Part shown: in pieces, positions 34,683 through 47,339 of the stretch | How the letters are laid out: each line of letters begins with the position of its first letter | Position numbering within the stretch: position 1 is the first letter of the stretch | NCBI GenBank assembly: GCA_051294905.1 | Contig: CM119378.1 | Coordinates: 12,834,001 to 12,898,000, forward strand | Source of the DNA: Botryllus schlosseri | Taxonomy: Eukaryota | Reading direction: 5' to 3' | Length of the DNA stretch: 64,000 bases | Program-made: the position numbers and the translations under genes | The notes under the pieces: generated by a model | Told to the model about the DNA's origin: nothing | Database searches by the model: none | What the model saw: only the letters and a program-made list of their open reading frames with translations

Positions 34683-35978
34683 TGTTCATGTTCACGTAGC
34701 TCTAGAAATAAATTTCTACTCAATGAAAAACAGAAAGGCATCTCAAAGATATTTTAAGCGGAAGCAGTAAATGAAAGGACTGAGAAGTGCTCGAGTAGTT
34801 ACGCAAAGTAGATTTAGCGGAGGGGTCGCATACTTTAAGAGGTTAATCAGAGGCAGTTTGCTTTAAAACATACGAGATTTGTATTCGCGGCTGACACAAA
34901 ATGACTGATGACACTACAAATGGGTGCAATCTTCGAATAATGTAGCTGCCGTGATACAGGGGCTTTTTATGGCAATTTCAATCGTAAAAGTAATGCAAAG
35001 TCATCCGAAAACTACTTCCTAGTTTTCTTCTGTCAAACCTCGGTTATTTACACTCGAGTTCTCATATATTTAGAAATAGACTCAATCCTGCTCATTACAG
35101 GGTAAGTAGCATCGGAGAGATGAGTTTCTTTTTCTCACCCAAGCTCTTCCGTTGAGATTGAAAACTTATTTTGCGTCTCTTATTTACGCAGTCAATGTCT
35201 CTGAGTTATGCACGTCACAAGTCACGAAATCGTGTGCACGGGGATTTGATTTCTAATTTCGGGCATACTGATCGTGCTCGCTTATTCCTGCTTCGTTTGT
35301 GGACGTGTTTCTGTTGGGACTGTCCGTGATGATATGGGGCGAAATTATTATTGACCAACCGCTGTGTATCTGATTGAAATCATTTGTTGCTTTTTGTCTG
35401 GCTTTTATTTGGACAAGTTCTGTTTGCCGTGACGGCCACTGATGCAGTTTGAGTGCAGAAATGGTCCAACTGCTGGCACTATATACCATTTCTGTTATTT
35501 TGAGTAGTTAAATTTGTCTAAGAAATCTTGTTTGCCAGTCAATGAGCTACACTCAAAAATGTTTATTCGTAAGAAAGGCTAATCTGTGACAAGTTAAACT
35601 TGTACTTATGCTCTTAAGACTGGAATCCCAGCCGATATTAAGGAAGGTCAACATTTACGATAGCAAAAATGTACGCCCTCGCGACAGGAGTAGTAATTTA
35701 TGATCGAAAATTATAGTTTCAAAACTTTGTTCGTGCCGCTGAAGCCTGGAAACCTCAGTTGGGCACAACTCGCCATCGGAAAACATGCCACACAAGGCTT
35801 TTAGTGTTGGTGGCACACCGTTTCTCTCAAGTAGTGTTCTTATCTCACAACTGTTACGAAGCGCTACGACATAGAAATACAATGTTATTTTGGATTGCTT
35901 GTAACCGGCATCATACTCCCTGTGGCTGCAAAAAAGATGCATATGTGGACTCTGAGTCGTGTTGTTGTCTTCTCGCAG

Positions 35979-36020
35979 GGTTTAGAGGACAGACGAAACA
36001 GGCACGCCGAAGCGCCGTAG
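35979..36020 (+). CDS. Candidate terminal coding exon of KLC (GLEDRRNRHAEAP*)
   Basis: Pyrimidine-rich acceptor ttgtcttctcgcag, phase 0, compatible with exon 33988-34045. Only weak resemblance to KLC C-termini. Confidence 0.3.
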   Translation, partial: GLEDRRNRHAEAP

Positions 36021-38039
36021 GACTGCCCGTGCTCGATACACGTTTCATATAACCTGCGCAACGCCATCTGTTAATGTTATGAATGATGTTATCCTTATTG
36101 TGCATGACGACACGTGATTGAATTTCGCCTCTTTTTGTTTCTATGCCGAGATGCTTATTTCACGATTATATACCGACTTACCAGATTGGTCGAAACTGAC
36201 CAGGTGCTGCCCGTATGACTGTGTTGTAAACCCACAGTTTTGAGTAGTTAGTCGGTCATTGCATAACTCAATTAGACCGGAACTAACCTGATTATAGAGT
36301 GTGACCTTTGATCCAGAAAACTGATCAATATGGTTTGATACTGTCCAAAAATATCTCATAATTTTGTCGCTTCTGATGAGTACCTACCAAATGTGAGAAT
36401 GCTCAAATCAGAGGTCGATGAGGAATATTGCTCCGTAAAAATAAGTATGTTGAATACCGTAGTGGTATTTGAGCGGAAACCTTGCTGTTCGATATGGAAT
36501 TATTTTACATGTTTCAATGCACTTCCAGATAGTGTTGAAGATTTAGTTGTTAATTGTCTTTCATAGCGCGATCATAGGTAGGCCTATGTATTTCTCATCT
36601 ACTGTGCTAACAGCTACTGGGGATGTAAAGTAATATTTCCTTGACAGTCGAATGTTTTTGTGGCCAGGACGCAACCTTTCTCTGCAATGTAAGCGTTTCC
36701 AGCGCCGGATGATGCTCGAGTCTCTTCGCCTGTGTGCTTGGGGTCGTCTGATATGTTCTCGTATTGTCTATAAAACCTATTTGACTGTACTGTTCTATCC
36801 CTGTCGAAAATAACCTAGTACTTCGGTGTGGTTAGTTAGCGTATGCGAATTATCGATTTGTTGGAACCTTGTATCCATTTTGACACTGTTTTTTGATTTC
36901 TTCGTAAAATTGCATGTGCATATAATAATAAATATACTATTGCTTTATGTGATATCTCGCGTGATCTTTTTCGTATCCTTAATTTAAAATTGTGGGTTAC
37001 CATCAAGGGTCCGCGTGATATTTGAGCATCCCCTTACTACACAGGTAATTGGATATGCGCCTGTTGCTACTAGTTGACTATAATACTTTATCACAGTATG
37101 GTGATTGCTTGTACCTCCCCGCCACTCGCACACACGCTGTGCCACGGGGGCATTCTGGAGACGACAGGATATCTGCAGTTTCTTAACACTGATGGGGGTA
37201 GGTCGCACATGATCGATAGCAAATATTGCGAGTTAAAATAATGTATCTATTTTGAAATAAGAGATGCGTATTTTATCCAGTACGGGGCGCGTATATTGGA
37301 TTTGTGTCCGGGTTGAAGATATGGTGAAAGTATTCTAATTACCAACGATATTTATGTATATGGGTGGCAGACCAGATAGTCACAGGAAGAATCGTCACAC
37401 ATGTTTGCCTGAGAGGGTCGATTTTGGTCCCGCAATTCGACGAGTAATCACAATAACATTGTCAGTGGATCAAGTGACATAAATTTATAGCCTATACCTC
37501 AAAATCCTGTCCTGGACCTTTTCCCGGCATATTGGGTTAAAACCAAAATCCTGAATCGATTGGCTATCTGCCTAAAAGTCCAGCAATCCTACTGAATCGG
37601 GTCCTGTAGGCTAATCCGGATTCAGCACACCTATAATATTAGGTCCCGTCTTAGAACATTCATTGGTAGATTCTGAAAGGAATCACCGACGTCGTAATAT
37701 ACTTGGCTCTTATTTTGCGAAGCCACAACTGCGTAAACTGCATTGCAATTAATTAATATATCGTTGCGTTTTATTTTTCATCTGATCAAGTCACACACAA
37801 TGTATGCCATAAGGCCCAACGCGATGTCATGAACAGATAGGAGGATGTCGAACGACACGCATCAGTAGCGATCATTTACTCTAACATCCACCTCGGCCTA
37901 TCACATCCGCTCGAGACTATCGGCTCAGTTTCTGCGATATAAGGCATTTTCGACAATGTGATACACGGTATATCCATGCGTTTACTATACCTATTCTGAT
38001 CACAGTTCATGAAATGTTTTAAATGCCTTAAACAATATT

Positions 38040-40935
38040 TCATTGTATGTTTCTTCTGTCGTCGATCTCTCCGCTGACTTCGTGGACTCTCTGGTTTGAT
38101 ATGGGTGGCAATTTCTGGTATGGATCGAACTTTGTCGGCGGGCCGGACACAGCGTTTCCATTCAATCTCAGCGCCTGCAGATTGATTCGGTCCATGGCAG
38201 TCCACGAATAGGAATCCTTCTGCAGGAGACCTCTCGGACCCCATATTCGGAGGTCATGTGTCGAGTAATTCTGGAAAAATAATGAAATGGAGAGAGAGAT
38301 AAAATAAGTTATTGATTCGTCCAACCCAGGGATATATAGAACTACATATAGAACGGTCCAACCGAATGAATATCACAGGAGCGTATGAGAATAGGCTAAT
38401 AACGAAAGAATCTTAACCATGCAGGACAGGTTGTGATCGATAGGCTTCTCGGTAAGGTGAACTGGTCTAATCTCATCCTGCATTCACAAATTACAGATGC
38501 TATTTAGAAATTTGGCTGCGGTTGGTAGGGATAGATATCGTATTGTAACTCAGCATAATGCAAACAATATGAATTTTGGATGGGACGAGGAAGCGATATA
38601 GCTTCACGTTACTTTTATCAGTGAAATTGTCATGACAACTGCGCGATAGAGCACCTGTATCCCGGTAGCTGAAGGAATATACTTTAGGAATTTGCAAATA
38701 TTTGTAGTGTCGATGGTCGATTTGCCTTGGTAGCAAAGATTCACAAAGCAGTTTCGGATGTGGTTAGTGCTCACCTTCGATTAACTGATAAAAGAACGCC
38801 ACCAATCGACCGAATTTACATTTTCCAATTACTTATCCTTGAGTAATTTTCAGTTATTCATCTTCTACCTCTAGTCGAATTATTTGACTTGTCATTGACA
38901 TATTGGAATTGCTACTTCTACTTGTAATAGAGTAGAAATGTACGGCGTTACTCCTGCTTCTACTCGAGTGGCGATGCTGACTACTATATTACCATGACCA
39001 CCTCTGCGTATGGGTAGGCCAGTAGGCCTACACGAGAAAAAATAATGCGAAGACTGCACACTGTGCACAGTCCACACCGTTCTACCGTGGCATCGGGTGG
39101 TTGGAATTGAGCCAAATTTTTTGTGCAGCATTTTTTAGGTAACCTAACAATTTAATCAGTGAATCCCCGGAATCCGAAAAAAAGGTTATTTTTGACAACC
39201 CTTCTGTCAGATCATTGCAATTGTCCTGGTTAGCATGCATAGGAACTTCAGCACCATGCCCACGTCGGAGGGATACATTATACAGGGCTCTTCAAAAATG
39301 ACTTTTTTTCTCAAATCGTACTGGCTACTTGATAAAATTGTTAGGTTACCTAATTTAAGCCTACACACCAAATTTGGTTCAATTCCAACCAGTAGCCGCA
39401 TTGCTACAGGAGAAGAAAGTTTCTATTTATTATATAAAAATAAATACCAAAAAATTTGAAAATTTTTTGTCCACCCCATGAACGTGTTATGTTGTCTATA
39501 GAAACGATGTTCACCAAATTTGGTTCAATTCCGACCAGTGGCAGCGGAGTTATTACCGTCGAAAAATTTGGATTATGAATAAAATAGTATTTACGGTGAC
39601 CAATTCTTTAATTATTTATGATAGTGGTGCTCACCGTAAATACTATTTTATTGAAATCCAAATTTTTAGACGGCAGTAACTCCGCTTCCACTGGTTGGAA
39701 TTGAACCAAATTCGGTGAACATCAAGAAAATCATGGGGAAACTGTTGCAGAGATTCAAGCTGCACGAAAATACTCAGAAGAACAAAGAAATAAAGAGTTG
39801 GACCGAAAAAATAACAACTTTCCTGTCCAAAGAAGAATGAAAAATTGGACAGGAAATGTGAATGCCTTCCTGTCCAAAATGAACGAAAACGGACGGGAAA
39901 AGACAACATACCTGATGAGACGACGTCGACGCCTGATGAGGATTGGCGAAAGGATGGGAGGATGGGAAAGGATGGAATGATGGAAAAGAAGATGGAAATG
40001 AAAAGATGCGCGGCGATTTCATGTATTTCATGCATTTCATGTTATTTTGTGCCGCGCGCGTAAATTAATTTGCATTTTTTGTATTGAAATTATATGAATG
40101 TAATAAATATTCGGCGGAAAGCCAAAAAAAAAAAAAAAAAACATCGTTTCTATAGACAACCTAACACTTTCATGGGGTGAACAGAAAATTTTCAAATTTT
40201 TTATTATTTATTTTTATATAATAAATAGAAACTTTCTTCTCCTGTAGCAATGCGGCTACTGGTTGGAATTGAACCAAATTTGGTGTGTAGGCTTAAATTA
40301 GGTAACCTAACCATTTTATCAAGTAGCCAGTACGATTTGAGAAAAAAAGTCATTTTAGAAGAGCCCTAATGTATATACAAATACATACACTCTCGTATAT
40401 ATTCCTACGTTAACAATATTTCATCTAAATCTTATGATAATACAATCGACACACGACGTGCAGTTTGTATTCTTGTTCAAATTACTTTGGACTCCGTGCG
40501 ATAAATTGTCTTGTCATTCCCGAATGCGACAGATGACGAGAGTATATTTCTTTTTCTGGCTGCCGTCATCGTACGGTCGTTCTTTACTTGCGCCCCGAGT
40601 TTGGCTGTGCCATTTTGAATTTGTCTTTGGATATTCTGCAACAATTCAACAGCATGTATTCAGCAACACGTAAATAGCATATAGTACCTATCCATGCTCG
40701 AGTGCGGTTCCTCGTATGTAGCAAAAAATGACACCCACCCTATTTGTGGTATCCCAGTCGTTATAGCCGAAACCCAGCACCACGTTGGTAGCTCGCGGGT
40801 CGGCCCTTCTATATCGCACAGTACGCTGCGGATCAAACTTCTTCGCGGACCTACTCGATTCCTGTGGGCGAAAATGTAAAAAATCAGCTTAGATGATACA
40901 TAGCCTAGCACATGGTCACGTACAAGAAACTCCAT
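38040..40935 (-). CDS. Uncharacterised ~171-aa protein, 4 predicted exons
   Basis: Exons 40935-40924 (MEFL), 40861-40739 (41 codons), 40635-40486 (50 codons) and 38270-38040 (76 codons plus TGA). All are phase 0 with GT-AG introns of 62, 103 and 2215 nt, and the spliced frame is fully open. An extra exon near 39030 is possible. Confidence 0.65.
39283..40368. mobile_element. Foldback element with long TIRs ((C/T)AGGGCTC termini), in an intron of the minus-strand gene
   Basis: Left arm of about 330 bp pairs with a right arm that is split by a retro-insertion. Related arms occur at 39098-39208, 51420-51780 and 58478-59433. Confidence 0.8.
39724..40141 (+). mobile_element. 5'-truncated poly(A)-tailed retroposed insertion
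   Basis: Ends AATAAA, then about 15 nt, then an A18 tail. Flanked by (a)acatc repeats. The empty site ggtgagcatcgtttc is seen in the paralog near 51552-51566. Confidence 0.75.
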
Positions 40936-41385
40936 CTTCGCCGACTTCAATTTTGCAACTGCATGTCTCGATGCCGATTGGTAAGTCCGTACCCGCCTTC
41001 CGTTATGAATTATATATTGTTTAGAAATGTCTTTTTAATATCACCTCACCCTCTTAATTGAAAAGGCGCATTCGCGTGCTTGATATAATTTTGAATAATT
41101 CATGCCATAAAGATATATTTTTGTTCTGTGGAATGTGTGCTATGGTTTCTAAAAGTTCATAACCAGGCCTCAGTCTTACGCCATGAATCATGCAGTTGAT
41201 AAGTTGCATAAACGGTGAAAATTTTTGCGAATTTCCTCCCATCGCATGCATGTTTTAAATTACATCCGACTGTCCCAAGCTGTGCCTGATCTGTGTGTAG
41301 AACAGGTGCTTCAGACGAGTGATCATCGTAATCAGGTATAATATCAACAGGACTTATAAATATCCCAACATCATCGGGCACTAGG

Positions 41386-42230
41386 CAGGGTTGTAATGAC
41401 TCGAGTCACGATTTTCTGATGATTCGACTTGACTCGAGTCATTTTTTTCAAACTACGGAAATGACTCGACTCGAGTCAATCTGTGTATCGACTCGACTTG
41501 GACTTGACTTGATTTGGACTTGACATCGAACCAAGTCATATTACTCGAGATTCAAGACGGCCAAGACAAACATTTCATTGTAATGTCGAAGAATAGTAAA
41601 GTGACCACTGACCTCCCTATTGTGATTTCGTCGATTGGTACAGGACTGGTACTCGAAAATGCGACCAGAAACTGCTAAAAGTGATGAAATGTAGTATAGT
41701 ATAAGTGCAAATCATTCGATGTCACCAAGCATAACTATAAAAAGTGGGTTTAACAAGACTTTAACTGGAAGCTGAGCAGTCAACATAATGACTTGGACTC
41801 GGACTCGACCCTCTGCTCGATGACTTGGACTCGGACTTGACTCGGTGGTGAATTGAAAATGACCCGACTTGACTCGATTCAAAACTATAAAGTGAGATGA
41901 ACTACTTGCCAGTCTTCAGGATTACCGTACCACGATCTAACATCGACTTCGCCCTCCGCCGCATGCCAGCTCATTTTGTCGCTTGCGTCTTATATTCTCT
42001 GCATTACTTTTCATTCAGAGTGCCTGTGTAATGTGCATGCCTCTTATTTACTTCGCCTAGGCTAAGGTGGGTGTCTGATCTTAATGGCTACTCCAAGTTG
42101 TTTCGACACCTTCCTATCTTTTCATTGTATCGCAGTCTTGTGATGTTTTGAAACGATGAAAATATTAATAAACCTAATTGATTGATTGATTGTGACTCGG
42201 ACGGAGCCTTGTGACTTGGTTACAACCCTG
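41386..42230. mobile_element. hAT-like MITE, family A, carrying a LINE 3' UTR insert
   Basis: TIRs cagggttgtaa and ttacaaccctg. TSD gcactagg/gcactaag (7 of 8 match). Confidence 0.85.
41903..42192 (+). mobile_element. CR1/L2-clade LINE 3' UTR fragment
   Basis: Closely similar to 58945-59216. Ends AATAAA plus (attg)n. Confidence 0.8.
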
Positions 42231-43165
42231 GCACTAAGCCGAGGTGGATACCTGTTAAAGAGACCCCAACTGGTCGATCGGCACCCCCTATCTGTTCATT
42301 ACATCGCATCGTGTGTCTTGCATGTCGCACTGTGTGTGTCTTGGACAGATGAAAATATAATCTGCCGATTATTATTATATCAACTCACAAACATGGTTTG
42401 GTTGCCCTTAAAAATACGGGTATGCCGCAAGGTAGCGCTTTAGAACAAGCCGGAATCAACAGCGATGCTAGAAGTTTGCACTCTCAACAGTGCCTACTGA
42501 TATACTGGAATATTTCACTAAATTTCTCATCGGCATACCATCCGTTCACCACAATTCACAAATTAGCACAACAAAACGTTAATAAAAAACTCACCTCTCC
42601 TTTGTATCACCTCGTAACGCTTCCGTGATATGTATTTCATAGCGATAACGCCTCTTACTCGTCGCGGATACCATTCTCCTAATCAACGACTTGATCCACA
42701 GTTAATTTCATCTTTACTAATTATAGGTGCCGTACTGTGAAGAATTCATCACCACTCCGCCAAATTATACTTTATTATACCATATTCTTATTATGTTGTC
42801 TGTCATGTATCCGATCAGCGTGAAATACGAACTATTAAATGTCCGAATCCAGACAGTAATGGGCGTGTTTGGCATTTGTAGAACGCCCATCCCGATATAC
42901 TATGTATATAAACTATAATACAGTACATAGATCGCTGAACAATGTATTGTATTGTTGTTGTATTTTTATCAAAAACAATGTAATACAGTGTAGCAATTGT
43001 CAAGTGAATAACTTTGATTTCCACTACAATCAACGCAATACAATAGCTATCAAACACTTTACTTTAAACTTTGATCAGGTCCTAAGGAAAATTTTGATGA
43101 AATTTATTGACCTAGTTTCAGTGACAAAAGTGGACACCAGGCTTCATCCAATTTCAGGTAATAAC

Positions 43166-43680
43166 TAGGGCTGGGCACAATGATTCGAGTACTCGAATCT
43201 GAATCAAGTATTAATTTTAATGATTCGAGTCGAGTAGTAAAATACGATTTTTTCGAGTAATGAAATTATACGCTTCTCGCCACTGAAAGTTAATTTACCA
43301 ACGAGAATTCTAGTTTCAATATTAATTTTCACTGTTGAAGCCTTGAAACCTTGATTGGCGGTATTGTAGCTTACGAAACATAGTACAAACCTACGGAGGT
43401 TACTGGACGTAGCTCATTTACGAAGTCATGATAATCCCACAACATTTTCACCGAGTGGAATGAAATCGGTATGGTCGGAAAAATACCAAAGTATCTTTTA
43501 CGAGATGGATAACCGGCATTGTATTCTTTGTGGTAGCAAAAACGGTGCATATTTGAACTTGGACGTAATACATTCCGCCATGACGTCATAATGGGTGATA
43601 TTCGATTACTCGACTCGACACGAAGCATATTACGTGATTCAGAATCGAATCACTCAGGTACTCGATTTTGCCCAGCCCTA
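43166..43680. mobile_element. hAT MITE with TAGGGCTGGGCA TIRs
   Basis: Perfect TSD gtaataac at 43158-43165 and 43681-43688. Confidence 0.88.
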
Positions 43681-45862
43681 GTAATAACCACCGGTGTAAC
43701 AAGAAAAACTCAGAATAGTTCGACCAATTACATGACGTGACAGTCTGCAGTTTTGTCATCCCTTTAGTGTGCCGTTAACTCTTGAAAAGAGGCACCCGAA
43801 AAGTCTTCGAGTTTAATAAATATTCTGTTACAATGGATGTTGTATTGAAAGCTATATTCAAGTTCTGTAACACGAACCAGCTATTAAAATAAATCCATAT
43901 AATGAATGTGGATCTACATTTCCAAATTTTAGTCTAAACCTGATTATCCGCATTAGGGTATTTCAGATTTTAAAAATCTGGTTGAAATTATGCTCGATAA
44001 AATGGGAACTAAGTACGAGAATAATTTTTTCATTATCACCACTTTGAATTTATATAGTATATCATGATATTTAGACGCACCTGGATTTTGTAGCAGCCGT
44101 ATGCACAATTGCCATGTATGTTTTCTCTAATCAAAGTGAGATAGTATTTGGTCGTCACTTCGTGACCACAAATGCGCGGTGCCGGGCCAAAATATGATTC
44201 AAAAGTGCCAATGTTTTAATCTCCTTCACAAGCTTGGGAAATTACACACTGCGTATATAATCACATTTTTCTACGCAACGAGAAATATATAATTACAATT
44301 CCACTCCGTTCCCGATTTAATGCAGACCCTATTACACCTTTAAGATGTCTAAAAGGTCAGAAATCCATCTGCTGCCGGCCTCGAGACTCTATTGACGCGT
44401 TTGAGATGATCTATTTGTAAGAAATCACTCGTGGTATGATTGATTGATTAGCGAATGATGTCCACTTACAGCTGTATAATTTCCTCATTACCCCTATAGC
44501 CGAGTGTACGCGAGATAGGAAGCACTTATGCGTTCTCCTATCAACGATCACCTTAAAATATACATGGCTCAGCAGCAGCAGCAGTGGCTGAGATTCCGCC
44601 ATGTAAGTGTCTAACTCTGAGGGTGTGTAGAACTATAGAACAAACGATCGTATTGGATACGTTTTGTGCTTTCTATGAGCGGACTGCGGCTATTCGATAG
44701 GTCACTCAGATAACGGCATATTGTATTCGTAATTGTGACATGGTGACGTCACTGAAAAGCTGTAACGTTTGATTTTGACGGCGACGTCTCGCCTGTGATA
44801 CTTTCCATTGTTTCGCCAAAACACCTGCCTCTCTTATTGATTATTTAGTAACTCTATCAAGATAGCTCGCAAATTTCTTGCGAACGTCTCGGTACTGTAA
44901 CCAAAATTTACAATATAAATCGATTTACAACGGCATAATCTCCCGTATCACTCAATGACGTTGAAAAGTTCTTAGTCGCGCGAGATTAAATCCAGACGAA
45001 ACAAATAGCTACAGTAGTTTTACAGAAACACACGTAATTATAGTTATACACACATAATTGGCTTGGTGGCGCGCGTTCGGCAGTTTACGCTACTCAAGAT
45101 GTGAATCACCGGCTGAGGTTTTGGGGATTGATTTACACTACCGGCGCAGCGGCCTGTATAAAGCTTAAGCCGCCTCTTTTTGTTTTCAGGTAAGCGTCAC
45201 GCTCGCTGCGTCACTGCCACGCTTACTGAAAATCACAACGCAACCAACTGTCATTGTAGGGTACACCACAAAATTACAGATCAGCAGTTCAACTAGGCTA
45301 ATTAGCCACGCGACCGTAACAGCGCACGCGTATCGCAAATTTTACGGCAATGTCTCGCGTGATAAATCTTGCATGCAGGTGATGACCCCTCGGAAGGATA
45401 CATATTGGCGTTGCGCGGACATGTGCTGGGTGATCGTAAAAACAGCGCAATAGAATGAAATATCCGCGAAATGGCGACATGAGCGAATGCATTTACATTC
45501 CAGGGATTAGCTCCTTGTGTCCTGTGTCATCGGTACAATTCTCGGAGTTTTAGTATAACTCTAATGCTCGAATGCCGTTCCGCGTGCTGTATTCGTAATG
45601 TTACGGGGTTTTGGTTGTTTTTCAGTTAATCTTGATATATTCGCGTTGTGCCACCAATCCTAGTCATCACTGCTACATCTATTTATTTGAGCTTATGTGT
45701 TGTGGTTTTGATTGATTCGTACTTTCTATAGTTGCACGCTTTGCCGCCACCATTATTTGTCCCTGGGATACGAATGATGCAGAGCACCGTGTGCTTAATA
45801 CCATCGTAAATGACGATTAAAATTATGTGATGATAATCCAATAAAAGTTTGATTGCCTAATT

Positions 45863-47339
45863 CAGTGGTTCTTAACCTCGCCTCCAGCGCCCCCCCCCCC
45901 CCAAGGGGCGCTGACGATTTTGAAGGGGGCGGAAACGCTCAAGGGGTGATATGGGGGGCGCTGGGCTCAGGGGGGCGATAAGGGGGCGCTGAAGAAAAAT
46001 TCCGTAGATGATGTGGTAGTAGGACATATTCTTAATGAGTATTCCGAACAAATTAACGTTCCACAAAACATGTCAAACTCCGAAATTTTTGGTCGCGCGA
46101 CGATGTTTGCTACATATGTTTACATAAATGTAGTGGGTTATTATAATTCATATACAACGAATTGCGCGTACTTTAGATCACCAATTTCCCGTTATTTAAA
46201 GCACTGCCGTCACACTCGCTAGGGTTATTTTCAACAAAATGTTTCGAATTAGGTATTATATCCCGAAGCTCACAGCGTGTGAAAATCGAAGAAGGAGGCA
46301 CTGTATATCACTTTTGATTGAGAGTGAGAGCCCTTGTACATAAAATAAGTTTTGACGCTTTGTGCACGAAATGAATAACTAAATATACTTGTATTTGAGA
46401 GCTACAAAATTAAATCGTCAGGATATTTCTTCATCGTATCGAAAAGGATGATACTATCTCGTGTTGTGGTCCACGACCTCACAAGAACGTTATATCATCT
46501 GAGTTGATTTGTTTGGAATACATTCATGTTAATATAAATAACTGGGCACAGTACTAAATTCAATGTGAGCAGATATATTCATCCAATTCTCAGTTCACTT
46601 ACTTATAGTTACACAAAGCACTAAGACAAAATCCAATACCATTAATATTCCCGTATTGCCAATCGGCGATGTGAATTCAGGAGGGTTCGAACCACAGGGT
46701 GTTAGGCCGTACCCGATTGTTGAAAGAACAACCTTGATTTGACCCTGAATATGCCACACACAATTATTATATGCTTTATAATAGTCGATTGGTCCTCGAG
46801 CGCGATTAAAGCGCGAAATATTTCCAATACCAAAGTCCCAAAAAGACCGACTGAACTTTGACCTCTTGCCAAGACCGAAACTGCTTCAACCCAAACCCCA
46901 ATCGGTTAGCTCGGAGGGTGCCCTAAATTATTTTGGTGAATGAACATAAATTAACATCATGTTTTTACGACTCCCCACGAAACAATACGCATAATTATAG
47001 AAATAGGCATTTCGGCGTCGGCCATTACCATGCCACGATGCACGTAGACATATGAAGTTCCGGTGAATATGGGACTCCGAGAAATGTGTCAAAAAGATCG
47101 TCAGCGAGAAAACCTTAGCTGAAGAGGATTGCCCTTATGTTGAGCGTGAACTTCGATGTATATATAAGTGTAATCGTCCGTAGGTGCTTAAATCGCTCGT
47201 GCCGCATTATCATGTCGTCGCAATCTGCACCCCACAGGACAAATAACAGTCCTTACAATATGTGGAGGGGGGGGGGGGGCGCTGGAGCACGATAATTTTT
47301 GAAAGGGAGCGCTTGAGGAAAAAAGGTTAAGAACCACTG
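45863..47339. mobile_element. Non-autonomous hAT (Buster-type) element with G/C-run subterminal regions
   Basis: TIRs cagtggttcttaacc and ggttaagaaccactg. Perfect TSD gcctaatt at 45855-45862 and 47340-47347. Confidence 0.85.

Noticed and set aside
41157-41381. Minus-strand ORF that extends across the family A MITE site
   Set aside because: No recognisable product or consistent splice sites, and it is interrupted by a transposon.
44472-44601. Possible plus-strand exon with ATG (MRSPINDHLKIYMAQQQQQWLRFRH) and gtaagt donor, and the opposite-strand ORF 44411-44602
   Set aside because: No compatible downstream coding exon or recognisable homology. A short CAG run could be chance.
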